Source: Octopus bimaculoides | Taxonomy: Eukaryota | Direction: 5' to 3' | DNA: 64,000 bases | Assembly: GCF_001194135.2 (NCBI RefSeq) | Contig: NC_068997.1 | Location: forward strand, 15,606,109 to 15,670,108 | Part shown: positions 13,026 to 25,644 of the stretch, piece after piece | Layout of the letters: each line of letters starts with the position of its first letter | Numbering within the stretch: position 1 is the first letter of the stretch | The notes under the pieces: generated by a model | Seen by the model: the letters and a program-made list of their open reading frames with translations, nothing else | Database searches by the model: none | What the model was told of the DNA's origin: nothing | Program-made: the position numbers and the translations under genes

Positions 13026-13167
13026 ATTCTCTGCAGACATTGTCCATCATTTCAGACAATCCTGATAATGACGTCATTTGACAAAGTTCCACCGACAGCA
13101 ACGACGGAGAGCTGCTAATAGTCTCTCTCTTGAACCCAAACTTTCCTATATATCCTACTGTTCTAAG
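13026..13167 (-). CDS. Candidate exon, unknown protein
   Basis: Minus-strand poly-T acceptor TTTTTTTGTCTTAG, open LRTVGYIGKFGFKRETISSSPSLLSVELCQMTSLSGLSEMMDNVCRE, donor T|GTGAGG. A competing plus-strand acceptor at 12973 makes the strand uncertain. Confidence 0.25.
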
Positions 13168-13444
13168 CTAAGACAAAAAAAAAAAGAAAATAGCATACGC
13201 ACACCAAAAAAAAATCCCCATACATACACACACACACACATGCATACAGAAAATAAATAAATAGGTAAATAAATAAATAAATAAATAAATAAAAGCTGCT
13301 TTCCCCTCATCCACATGCCTCATTGTATAAAAAGATATTTTAGTCTCAAGAACTTCCCTTAACCAACAGCTGTTTCGACTCCCAAAGATTCACGATTAAA
13401 TGGACAGAAATCTCTCATCTTAGAGGTAGTTGCTTGCAGTTTTG

Positions 13445-13467
13445 TCTTCTGCCCTATGTTATTATTA

Positions 13468-13510
<43 letters not shown>

Positions 13511-13532
13511 CATCATATATCATCATCCTCAC

Positions 13533-13589
<57 letters not shown>

Positions 13590-13611
13590 CATCATATATC
13601 ATCATCCTCAC

Positions 13612-13647
<36 letters not shown>
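13445..13647. repeat. (TAA)n array with duplicated interruption
   Basis: CATCATATATCATCATCCTCACCATTA occurs twice, at about 13510 and 13589, inside (ATT)n. Confidence 0.9.
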
Positions 13648-13648
<1 letters not shown>

Positions 13649-14428
13649 TTTTGTTTTTTTTGTGTGTGGGGTGAGTGTTAAGATTTACGAAAAGTTTCTT
13701 ACCTTTTATTATTTTTTTATTTATTTGTTTTTTTGGTTATTTTCTTCTTCTTTTCCTATGAAATGAATCACGACACATCCGCATTAAGTTTCAGGAAGAG
13801 TGGAGAGAAGAATGGTAAAAGTAGAATATTTTCTATTCTTATTTCCTTTCCTCTCTTTTTTTTTTTTNNNNNNNNNNNNNNNNNNNNNNNNNNNNNNNNN
13901 NNNNNNNNNNNNNNNNNNNNNNNNNNNNNNNNNNNNNNNNNNNNNNNNNNNNNNNNNNNNNNNNNNNNNNNNNNNNNNNNNNNNNNNNNNNNNNNNNNNN
14001 NNNNNNNNNNNNNNNNNNNNTATATATATATATATATATGAAGTGACTGCTAAGATATTCGACATAGTTTGAGATGGCATTTTGTTCTCTTTTTAAAAAT
14101 CTCATTTAACCTTTTCATCACCTTTTCTGGTTATTCTTAGAAAATGGTCTTCTTTTATGGCCTTGAAATATGAGTTTCTTAATCTTTTGGTTGGTTAGTC
14201 GGTCGGTCGGTCGGTTGGTTAAGAGTGATGGTTGTATTACACTTTGGAAAATCCATGAAAATGCTGACCTGAAATGTGTGGTCAAGAAGTTTGTTTCATA
14301 ACCACATAGTTTTAGGTTTGATTCCACTCTGCATTATCCTGGCCAAATGCATATGCTAACACGGCTAAGCCGTGAGCAAAATTTGGTAGACAAAAACTAA
14401 GGAGAAACCTACCATTTATATATATACA

Positions 14429-14703
14429 GTAGAAAAATTAATTTACTGCATCAAATGCCTCATTTGTGAAGAGATATACGTTAGACAGACTGGAAATGTG
14501 TTATCAGAGCATTCAGATGTGCACCGACAGCAAATTAGGGACCTTGATGTCCATCAGATATCGTTGAGCAACCATCTGGCAACATGTGGTCAGGAAAAGT
14601 TTATAATGCTCCCATTCTAGAAACTACATATCTAAAATGAAATTGAGAGAAAAGTCAGAGAAAGAATTTTATTGATAAATTGAAACCTGTTTTAAATAGT
14701 AAT
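14429..14703 (+). mobile_element. Penelope-like element relic, GIY-YIG endonuclease domain
   Basis: VEKLIYCIKCLICEEIYVRQTGNVLSEHSDVHRQQIRD...NHLATCGQEKFIMLPIL, then frameshifted REKSEKE / FIDKLKPVLN; matches the PLE pattern LIYCI-C-x2-C-x3-Y(I/V)GQT...H...E..FI..L.P.LN with decay. Confidence 0.8.
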
Positions 14704-14777
14704 ATGTATAATAGTAATATGTACTACAGCTATTACTACTGCTACCACCACCACCACTAACAACAACAGTAGTGGAG

Positions 14778-15105
14778 GGTTCAGTCCCACTGCGTGACAC
14801 CTTGGGCAAGTGTCTTCTGTTATAGCCTCGGGCCAAGCAAAGCCTTGTGAGTGGATTTGGTAGTTGGAACCTGAAAGAAGCCTATCGTATATATATATAT
14901 GTTTGTGTGTGTGTGTTTGTCCCCCCAACATTGCTTGACAACTGATGCTGGTGTGTTTACGTCCTCATAACTTAGCGGTTTGGCAAAAGAGACCGATAGA
15001 ATAAGTACTAGACTTACAAAGAATAAGTCCTGGGGTCGATTTGCTTGACTAAAGGCAGTGCTCCAGCATGGCCACAGTCAAATGACTGAAACAAGTAAAA
15101 AAGTA
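14778..15105 (+). mobile_element. SINE family A, 5'-truncated
   Basis: Starts at GGTTCAGTCCCACTGCG; complete 3' half. Confidence 0.9.
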
Positions 15106-15135
15106 GATGTTATGTCATTAATAATTTGAAATGCA

Positions 15136-15169
<34 letters not shown>

Positions 15170-15199
15170 TTGTGTATGTATGTGTGTGTGCATGTGTGT

Positions 15200-15475
15200 G
15201 AAGGTTCATAGCCTAGTAGTTGCACTGCTGATCACTAGATCATGGATTCAATTCCCTGTCAAGGCAGTGTGTTGTGTTCTTGAGCAAAACACTTCATTTC
15301 GTGTTGCTCCAGTCTACTCAGCTGTAAATAGATAACCCTACAACGGAATAACCTTCTGGCCAGGGGGAATGTTGGTCTGCTCTCCTAACCAGCAGAGTGG
15401 CACCATTCAAAAGCTAAAACAATGTGAAGTGCATTGTGACCAGTGATGTATAACAATATTCGATAGTCTGGTCGA
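15200..15475 (+). mobile_element. SINE family C (tRNA-like head, GTTCTTGAGCAAAACACTTCATTTC domain)
   Basis: Shared colinear sequence with 25245-25415 and 55512-55765; box B-like G(G/A)TTCAATTCC; 3' GCATTGTGACCAG..ATGT.TAACA. Confidence 0.75.
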
Positions 15476-15707
15476 CACCAGGATATGCCATGATACCATG
15501 ATATCCATCCATCCATCCATCGATCTATATCTATATATATATGTGTGATTAATGAGAAAGATGGAAGATATGAGAAACTTTATTGGTCACTACAGTTGTT
15601 TCGACCCATCTAGCATTGATCCCTCATGTGTGGGATATTGAACAACTGGTTTAGGTGTATCCATCGGTGTAGATGTGTCTCCACAGGTGATTACAAGATG
15701 TACCTCA

Positions 15708-15774
<67 letters not shown>

Positions 15775-15785
15775 TATTATATATA

Positions 15786-15823
<38 letters not shown>

Positions 15824-17538
15824 TTTGTATTTGTGCTTGTCCTCTACCCCTGCTGAGCAACTGGTTGTGGTTGTTTATTGTTTACATCTCTATAACTTAG
15901 CAGTTCAGCAAACGTAACCAACACACTAAGTACCAGATTTAAAAAAAGAAGCATAAAAACAGGGGTTGATTTGTTGAAATAAATCCTTCAAGGTGGTGCT
16001 CCAGCATGGGCCACCAACCAATGAATAAAGGATTAAAGTGACTTGCATCTACATGTGTGTAGACTCATAGTTNNNNNNNNNNNNNNNNNNNNNNNNNNNN
16101 NNNNNNNNNNNNNNNNNNNNNNNNNNNNNNNNNNNNNNNNNNNNNNNNNNNNNNNNNNNNNNNNNNNNNNNNNNNNNNNNNNNNNNNNNNNNNNNNNNNN
16201 NNNNNNNNNNNNNNNNNNNNNNNNNNNNNNNNNNNNNNNNNNNNNNNNNNNNNNNNNNNNNNNNNNNNNNNNNNNNNNNNNNNNNNNNNNNNNNNNNNNN
16301 NNNNNNNNNNNNNNNNNNNNNNNNNNNNNNNNNNNNNNNNNNNNNNNNNNNNNNNNNNNNNNNNNNNNNNNNNNNNNNNNNNNNNNNNNNNNNNNNNNNN
16401 NNNNNNNNNNNNNNNNNNNNNNNNNNNNNNNNNNNNNNNNNNNNNNNNNNNNNNNNNNNNNNNNNNNNNNNNNNNNNNNNNNNNNNNNNNNNNNNNNNNN
16501 NNNNNNNNNNNNNNNNNNNNNNNNNNNNNNNNNNNNNNNNNNNNNNNNNNNNNNNNNNNNNNNNNNNNNNNNNNNNNNNNNNNNNNNNNNNNNNNNNNNN
16601 NNNNNNNNNNNNNNNNNNNNNNNNNNNNNNNNNNNNNNNNNNNNNNNNNNNNNNNNNNNNNNNNNNNNNNNNNNNNNNNNNNNNNNNNNNNNNNNNNNNN
16701 NNNNNNNNNNNNNNNNNNNNNNNNNNNNNNNNNNNNNNNNNNNNNNNNNNNNNNNNNNNNNNNNNNNNNNNNNNNNNNNNNNNNNNNNNNNNNNNNNNNN
16801 NNNNNNNNNNNNNNNNNNNNNNNNNNNNNNNNNNNNNNNNNNNNNNNNNNNNNNNNNNNNNNNNNNNNNNNNNNNNNNNNNNNNNNNNNNNNNNNNNNNN
16901 NNNNNNNNNNNNNNNNNNNNNNNNNNNNNNNNNNNNAAAACGATATAGCCTTCTAAGATTTTTTTGTCTTTGCTACAGTTTGTTTTATTTATTATTTATT
17001 TATTTTTTTTTTACATTTTTTTGTTATTATTTGTTTAAACCCCAAACAAATGTTCCAGTGTGTTCTTCTGTTCGACATAGAAAGAATGTTTTTGGCTAAA
17101 AGCAATTTTCTTGTAAAGTGTTGGCAATTCCATAAACTATAGAAACGTGAGGAGTTTACATCACCGTTGTATTCCTTAAAAGCTTTGCCCTCATCAAGTG
17201 CCACATTTCGAAGCAGTTGGTGGCTATTGTTGTTGTTGTTGTTGTTGTTGTCGTTGTCGTTACTGTCGATGTCGTTATTGGTGTTGTTGTTGTTTAGTGT
17301 TTTGCTATTATTGTCCAAACTGAACAAAATCAAACCAAATCAGAGATTTTTTTTTGTGATTTTCATCTAATATATATTCACCCTGCCATATGCATGCATA
17401 CACTCATGCATACACAAGCTATTGCACACTAGTGCACATAAACATGCATATGCACATACACAAGCATACTTATTTCATATTCTATTTTTTTAGCAACATC
17501 CAAAATACATGTGTGTGTGTGTAGATGTGCGTGTGTGT

Positions 17539-17572
<34 letters not shown>

Positions 17573-17802
17573 GGTACATAAATGTTTACCTTAACACAAG
17601 ATGGAAAAAGTGGATAAAATATGGAGCGATTATATGCACAAGAGTCATTGCACACACACACACAGATACACACACACATATATACACATACACACACATA
17701 CAAACACACATATAGAGACACATGTATCCATGTCAGCATGGAAAGTGAATGTATGATAATGATGATGATAGTGATGGTGTGTGTGTGAGTGTGTGTGTGT
17801 GT

Positions 17803-17833
<31 letters not shown>

Positions 17834-18115
17834 CGTGTAGAAAATTAGTGAGTGATTGGAAGTGATGGCTATGCAATAGAAATTAGAATACAGAAAAATG
17901 ACAATGAGAAAGATATTGAAATGTTGCCTTGGAAATATTTAATTAGCCCTGGTATTTTAAGTTTAAAAAACCCTTTACAATGGCTTCATAGAATGTATAT
18001 AAGTATGTGTGTGTATATATACATATACAGATATATACATACAAATATTTATGCATGTGTGTATGTGTGTGTGTATGTATGTATGTATGTATGTATGTGT
18101 GTGTGTATGTATGTA

Positions 18116-18345
18116 TGTCCAGCATGAAGAACTTAAGCAAGCTGTGCGAAAGCGCATGGCTCGTATAGTGAATGGGGAAAGCTTGGTCTGCAATGTTTGC
18201 AGTCATGTATGCTTGTCAATAGAAGGGCTCATTAGCCACCAATGGAACCGCAAATGCAAAATATAAGTTAGTCCTAGAGCGCACAATGTTCCTGAAGGTC
18301 GGCAATGGTCTTCCTCAGTCACGAGTGGACGGCCATCATCATCAT
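18116..18345 (+). mobile_element. RTE-BovB-type LINE 3' end with C-terminal zinc-finger-like motif
   Basis: QHEELKQAVRKRMARIVNGESLVCNVCSHVCLSIEGLISHQWNRKCKI* (C-x2-C...GL.SH) followed by a short 3'UTR and (CAT)n tail. Confidence 0.7.
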
Positions 18346-18822
18346 GTATGTATGTATATTCATGTATCCATTTGCATGTCAAATCTTCTTCCCAAGAATT
18401 GTTTCAAAGTTTATCTATCTAAAATTGAAAATGAAAAATACAGTTTTGGAAAAGAATGGTGTATGGAAGAAATGAAACACAGGACCCCAAGCAGTCAAGA
18501 TTACTCTTCCTCTGAAAACAAATGCCCTCTCTCAGCTGTAATCCTCAGCCAGTAGGAACTAGTTAATTATAATTTCTCCTTTAGATATAAGAACAATAAT
18601 TGTGGCGAGAGTGGGTTAGTTGATGCTATCAACCCCAGTTCTTAACTGGAGCTTATCTTATTGATCTTCTTGAAAAGATGAAAGGTAAAATTGACCCTAA
18701 AGATTCAGAGGAGACAGTGCAATGCATTTTGTCTGATGCTCTAACAATCTTTTTTTCCTTCTTCCTTCTTATTATTTGAATCTGTAGTTGTAAGTAAATT
18801 CATGGATGAGGTTTTCAACCAG

Positions 18823-18916
18823 GTTTTGGTACTTCTCTCAGTCTTTGGCTGCCCTCTGTGAGTTGGCAAAATTGAAGCCTGTCTACTCTTTGATATCCCA
18901 AGTGACTACCAATCTG
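18823..18916 (+). CDS. Candidate exon, unknown protein
   Basis: TTTTCAACCAG acceptor, open FWYFSQSLAALCELAKLKPVYSLISQVTTNL, donor CTG|GTATGA. Confidence 0.2.
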
Positions 18917-20289
18917 GTATGAGTTCTGATCTGGTTGTCATCATCATGAATGTCTCATGTGCAAATTAGCCTGGCAATACCAATTCCTCTCCAAGATGTT
19001 AACCACAACCGTATTTTTCTACCTGACACATTGCCCAATATTGACTTCTGATTTGGGAACACGATCAATAATTTTGAGCAGAGTAGTTGATTCCACTTGC
19101 TTAAGGACTTAATTAATTTAATAAACCCAAAAGGATGAAAGGCATTACTGATCCTTAGCAGTATTTCATCCATCTTTGCATTCTGAGTTCACACTCTGTT
19201 GAGGATGACTTTGCCTTTCATCTATTTCAGGTCCATGAAAAAAGGACTAGTGGAGCCCTGGGGTTAATTTAATCTACTTAAATACTCCTGAGTAAGAGTG
19301 AAAAACTGCACCCCGTCTGCCAAGCCATGTTAAACCAAAGGGATTGAGTAAGGCTCATCAAACTAGTTTGATCTCAAACTCATATTCGTGGCCTCCACAT
19401 TGGATTGTGTATGGTGGAGAGAATGTGCTGAGGCTGTTGTCTTGCAATGGATCAAACATGGGCAAGCCAATCAAAGCCAATCATAACGAACATTCGTTTG
19501 GTCAGCCTGGAGCTACGGTTGAAGAAACTTGCCCAAGGTGTCAGGATGTGGGACTAAACACAAGACCTCATGCTTGGGATGCAAGCTTCATAATCCCCCC
19601 CTCCCACACACACACATGCGTGTGTCAATATGGTTCCTAGTTTTCTGAGTGTGATCAAGGGTATTCAAACCATGACCACCACACCTCTCTCAATTTCAAA
19701 CATGGACATAGTTCCAGAATACATTATTCAATCAGTCCCTCTTGTTGCATGTCTGTAGGACATAATTTGAGGGAAATTCAGTTGGTATTTTCAGCAGGCC
19801 GACTGACCATGTAGCTGTAACAACACCAAAACACTTTTTCTTGTATTTGTGTGTGTGTGTGTGTGTGTGTCTTGTGTGTATCTATGAATATCCGAAATTA
19901 AACTTACGTCTTTATTTAAGGTGTTGGGGTAGGTAATAACTCCATGTATACCTCACACACTTCACACATCTTATGAAGCACACACACACACACACACATG
20001 CATGCATACACCTTCTGTCGCCAAGTTTTAGACAAATTAGGATACAAAGAAATCAATTAGGTATGTAGACAGGTGTGTAATTGTGTATGTGTAAGTATAT
20101 ACACACGCATATACATATATAAATATATATATACATATACATACACACACACTCACACACATGTATATTATAGACACACACACACATATAGATATATGCT
20201 GATATATACACACATATATTTATATATCTATATGTGTGTCTATCTGCGACTGGATTGTATGCATATATATACATACATATATATATATA

Positions 20290-20353
<64 letters not shown>

Positions 20354-20840
20354 TATTTGCTAGCATGTATGCAAAGGTATGTAATTATCAAGGTGACCTT
20401 ATTAAGAACCCAGGTATGTAATCAGAAAGTCTAGATATTGGGAGATGCGTGTTAACTGCTTAAAAATCAGCAAGACATTCACTCTATGAAGGACAGCACT
20501 GGTGACAGGCAAATAATTAAGAAATGATGGCGATGACGGTGATGACAGCAAAGGTAATGATGGTGGTGGTGGTGGTGGTAGTGGTGGCGGTGGCGGTGAT
20601 GATGACAACGAAGAAAATGAGGACAGAGAGAGAAGAAATATTGTGATGAGGGTATTGGTGATGTAAATGATAACGTTAATGAATGTACCTGGATAGCCAT
20701 AGGAAAGCAAAAACAATATAATAGAGGTGAGGAAATGAAAGAGACACAGGTGAAAAGAGCCTGACTTTTAGAGAAGGAGATTGAAAAGGGTAGAAGTTGA
20801 CAGAAGGACAGAAATATAGGTAGATGTCTTAATATATATA

Positions 20841-20882
<42 letters not shown>

Positions 20883-21129
20883 CATACATATATATATATT
20901 TGTATGTGTGCATGTATGTATACAGAGAGAGAGAGAGAGAGACAAAGACAAGGAGAAATAAAAATGGATGGATGGAGAAATGGATAGATAGATAGATAAA
21001 TAGAGGGTGAGAATGAGGGAAAGAGAGAGAGAGAGACAGAAACAGGGAGAATTATAGCATAGAAGACAACTGGTAGTTTTTATAGGGGAACCTGCTGAGG
21101 GCTACAGACCAAGAATATGTTTGATACAT

Positions 21130-21385
21130 GCAAGTCAAAGATGGTGTAATACAGGAACAAGGAATTAGAACTTTGACAGACTGGAAAGTCTTGCAGAATG
21201 GAAGCAACAGAAATTATTCCAGGTTACTAGAAGAGAAGCTAGACAACAGGTTTTTCTTACCAAGATGAAAACAGGATAGGAGAGGCTTGCCAGTGTTTTA
21301 GGATCCAAGGACCAGAGGTGTGAGATGTTGCAGATAGCACGACAGTGTACCAGAGAGAAATTCGATTTTGTGGTCACTAGGTTAG
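21130..21385 (+). mobile_element. Degenerate internal fragment of an RTE LINE (EN-RT linker)
   Basis: Frames read ...WKVLQNGSNRNYSRLLEEKL and ERLASVLGSKDQRCEMLQIARQCTREKFDFV, which resemble RTE linker sequence as I recall it; frameshifted. Confidence 0.45.
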
Positions 21386-21529
21386 AAGTGTATAGGCCTT
21401 TGAGGTAATAGTATAAGATGCAGGGAGAAGAAATATCTGGGTTTTTACCAAGAAACTGGAGTATTTTGACCCATCCACAGCAACCCTCTCCAGATGAGCA
21501 TCCCTAATCTGTAGGGCTCATAAGTGCCG

Positions 21530-21752
21530 GTTTCATGTAAAAGGCACCTGTATCATTGGTGTGTGAAAGCACCCAGTTCACTCTGTAAAGTGGTTGGTGT
21601 TAGGAAGGGCATCCAGCCATGGAAACCATGCCAGAACAGAGATAGAGCCCAAACAGCCCTTCAACTGGTCAACTCCTCTCATACCGTCCAACTCCTGTGA
21701 GCATGGAAAATGGACGTTAAATAATGACAACAACAATGATGATGATTTTATG
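21530..21752 (+). mobile_element. RTE 3'UTR-derived fragment
   Basis: GTGGTTGGTGTTAGGAAGGGCATCCAGCC...CATGGAAAATGGACGTTAAA then (GAT)-like tail. Confidence 0.75.
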
Positions 21753-22990
21753 TATTGTAGAACTATAACCAATTAATTGCGCATAAACTTCAACAACAAA
21801 ATCTTACATAGACCCCCCACCACCACCACCAAGACATAGAGTTACCCAAGGCTTCACATCCACGCAGCAAGGCCTTGTGGACAGCTCATCAGACTCTATA
21901 TGAATACAAAATTTAAAATATCTAAGTCACAGAATACACACACACATACACATGAAGTATATTTCTATGAATATGTACTTATGTATATATATATACATAT
22001 ATGTATATATATATATATATATATCATCATTGTGTGTGTGTGTGTGTTCTTAGATTTATATCTGTCTCATCTTTTCTTTTAAGAAACACAAGAGGATGCT
22101 GGGACTTTAAAAAGACTGTTAAATGTTATTTATCAGCTCATAAACTGTTTTCAATCATAAAACTGGACATGTTTTTGGCAATTACAATCTCATTAGATGA
22201 TTAGTCACAGCGAAACAATGTAAAAAAAAAAGAAGTAAAATAAAATTAGCAACAACAACAACAACAACAACAGCAACAATAAGCTGAACACCACCACCAC
22301 CACCACCGCCAACCACAGCGACTGATATTAGTAGTAGTAGTAAAGAAGAAGAGCAACAACAACAACAACAATTATTATAATTAAATATAATCTGAAAAAG
22401 AAAATAAGAGGGAGGGATAAAAACCAAAAAAATATTAGAAAAAGTATAAGATTTAGAAAAAAAAAAAATAAACAAAGAAAAATATAAACAAATAAAAGAG
22501 AAATCTGAGCTTGTTTTGTTTCATATATTTTCTGTATTTTATATGCTTTATGTCTATATTATTTTATGTTTTACACACACATACACACACAGACACATGT
22601 ATAGTTATTTTACATGTTTTATACATATGACATATTGTTGGTTTGTTTGTTATATTGTTTACTTCAAGAAATTATTGGATTTAATGAAATATTTTGTAGT
22701 CGTAATTTCTTCAGCACACTTTCATTTTTTGAGGAAAGTTCTACCATTTATAACATTGGTTTTATATTTATTTTATGTTTATTTCATCATTTATATATTA
22801 TTTATTATATTATATTACGGAGATGTACTTGCATAGCAAGTGACCTGATCTGAGATTGTATGCTGGAACGAAAACAATTGCAGCGTGCAAGGTGTTTATA
22901 AGCCATTTAAAATAACACACAAAGACTGTTAGATTCACTTCAACATATATTTTTTATCTATTTATTTGGGTTGTAACTCTCAAAGTATCA

Positions 22991-23612
22991 GGCGCAAGCA
23001 TGGCTGTGTGGTTAAGAAGCTTGCTTCCCAGCCACATAGTTCTGGGTTCAGTCCCACTGCGTGGCACTTTGGGCAAGTGTTTTCTACTACAAACTTGGGC
23101 CAATCAAAGCTTTGTGAGTGAATTTGGTAGGCAGAAACTGAAAGAAGCCCGACATATATGTGTGTGTACCATTCGCCATGTTGGACCACTGAATCCTACA
23201 AGTTTTTTACATTCTCTCTCCATTTATTTTCTCTGATTCCTTTCTGTTGAAGAGCGTCAGCTCAAAATATAAAAGACTTCTTCATTTTTCCCGAGCATCA
23301 TACTAATACACTTGCTTGTTGTATGTACACCTGTCTTTGTCTTTTGTTTTTCCATAAATTTCAACTATATATATGTGTGTATATCTATGTGTGTATGTGT
23401 GTCCCATCCACCATCGCTTCACGACTAATGCTGGTGTGTTTATGTCCCTGTAACTTAACGGTTCGGCAAAAGATACCGATAGAATAAACACCAGACTTAC
23501 AAAGAATAAGTCCTGGGGTTGATTTCTTCAACTAAAAACCCCTTAAGGTGGTGCTCCAGCATGGCTGCAATCAAATAACCGAAACAAGTAAACGAATAAA
23601 AGAGAAAAAGAA
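22991..23612 (+). mobile_element. SINE family A interrupted by another insertion (about 23165-23385)
   Basis: Head 22991-23160 and 3' half 23400-23612 are separated by unrelated sequence at the internal microsatellite. Confidence 0.85.
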
Positions 23613-23617
23613 TATAT

Positions 23618-23768
23618 CATCATCATCATCATCATCGTTTAACGTCCTCTTTCCATGCTAGCATGGGTCGGACGATTTGACTGAGGACTGGGGCAACCGG
23701 ATGGCTACACCAGGCTCCAATCTAATTTGGCAGAGTTTCTACAGCTGGATACCCTTCCTAACGCCAAT
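23618..23768 (-). mobile_element. RTE 3'UTR-derived fragment (young)
   Basis: (CAT)n-CGTTTAACGTCCTCTTTCCATGCTAGCATGGG...CCCTTCCTAACGCCAA, near-identical to the reverse complement of 56225-56380. Confidence 0.85.
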
Positions 23769-24095
23769 ATATATATATATATATAAAACTTACTTGGAAA
23801 TGGATGCGTGGCGTTTGATCATATAATAATATAATATGAATATATGCATATATACATGTGTGTGTGTGTTTATGAGTGTTTATTCATANNNNNNNNNNNN
23901 NNNNNNNNNNNNNNNNNNNNNNNNNNNNNNNNNNNNNNNNNNNNNNNNNNNNNTATATGTATATGTATGAATGTATGTATATATATTTACATATATGCAC
24001 ACATATATATGTACATATATTTATGTATCATCATCATCATTTAACATCCGTTTTCTCACACATATATAAATACATTCATACATATATGCATACAT

Positions 24096-24132
<37 letters not shown>

Positions 24133-24200
24133 CATATATATGTGTGTGTGTATGTATGTATATTTATGTGTGTGTATGTATATTTATGTATATGTGTCTC

Positions 24201-24249
<49 letters not shown>

Positions 24250-24300
24250 ATTTACACGTAAATACTTATGCAAATGCATATCTTCTAATTTATTCCTCAG

Positions 24301-24343
24301 AGAATCTCATTAGCAGGTAAGACAAGAATCAAATTACGACATG
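24301..24343 (+). CDS. Candidate short exon, unknown protein
   Basis: CTAAT branch-like motif and TTATTCCTCAG acceptor, donor G|GTGAGT (also internal CAG|GTAAGA); one open frame RISLAGKTRIKLRH. Confidence 0.3.
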
Positions 24344-24699
24344 GTGAGTAAAATATAATTTTTCACTGTTTTCATAGTTTGAGTGTCAGAGCAACTCCGT
24401 AAATCTTTCACCAGATATCTTGCTCCTTGAAATAAACCAAAGAAAATGTCAATAATTAATACATGAAAAAAAAAAGACATCAACAACAAAAAAAAAACAA
24501 AAAACAAATATGTAAATAAGTCGTAAAAGTTTGTCCAGTATGCTGCAATAAAATATTTTCTGGTATGTCTAAATATATGCATGCGTCTACAGATACGCAC
24601 ACACATATATCATCATCATCATCATTATCATCATCATCATCGTTATTGCTGTCATCACAATCATAACCACAACCACCACCACAACCATCATCATCATCA

Positions 24700-25075
24700 T
24701 CATCTAAAACCTGTTTTCCATGTTGTCCAGCACTAGATGGTTTGACGGGCTGGCATGTTAGAGGACTGCACTAGGCTTTACTGTCCCTTGTTTTGCAGGT
24801 TTTTTTTTCTTTTTTAATGGCTGGGTGCCCTTCTTAATGCCAACCATCCTGCAGAATGGTCTGTGTACTTTCTGCATGGCACCAGCACCAGCAAGGTCTA
24901 TTTTGACATGGTTTTTACAGCTGGATGTCCTCCCAAATGCCAACCACCTTACAATGTGACTTGGGTACTTTCTATGTGGCACCAACACTGGTGAGGTCTG
25001 TTTCAAGCATGGTTTCTACAGTTGGATGCTTTTTACATGGCTCCAGCCCTGGCTAGGTCACCAAGTACATCACAA
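24700..25075 (-). mobile_element. RTE 3'UTR-derived fragment with repeated modules
   Basis: Repeated TTTTACAGCTGGATG / AATGCCAACCA modules after a (CAT)n tract. Confidence 0.65.
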
Positions 25076-25440
25076 GACAAAGATCCTTTGAGAGGTAGAG
25101 GGTATTGGAAGAGGTGGACTTTAAACCAGCCAGATGTGGCTGGTTTAAATTTTAAAGAGTTAAAGCATAGATCCACTGGGCAATAGCCTGAAGGTCTCAA
25201 TTCAAAGTTATGCATGCTATCAATAAATATCTTGAATGTTCGAGGCACATGGCTTAGTGGTTAAAGTGCTGGACTAATGATCATATGATTGTGGGTTCAG
25301 TTCCTGGACCAGGCAACACGTTGTGCTCTTAAGCAAGACACTTCATTTCACATTGCTCCAATCTGCTCAGCTAGTAAAAATGAGTAACCTTGTGAGGGAC
25401 TAGCACCTTATCCAGGAGGATGAATATATATATATATATA

Positions 25441-25606
25441 TCATCATCATCATCATCATCGTTTAACGTCCGCTTTCCATGCTAGCATGGGTTGGACGAT
25501 TTGACTGAGGACTGGTGAAACCGGATGGCAACACCAGGCTCCAGTCTGATTTGGCAGAGTTTCTACAGCTGGATGCCCTTCCTAACGCCAATGCCCTTCC
25601 TAACGC

Positions 25607-25610
<4 letters not shown>
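25441..25610 (-). mobile_element. RTE 3'UTR-derived fragment (young)
   Basis: (CAT)n-CGTTTAACGTCCGCTTTCCATGCTAGCATGGGTTGGACG...; ends with a tandem duplication of GCCCTTCCTAACGCCAA. Confidence 0.85.

Positions 25611-25644
<34 letters not shown>

Noticed and set aside
25575-25610. 18-bp tandem duplication at the end of an RTE fragment
   Set aside because: Ordinary slippage or 5'-truncation by-product.
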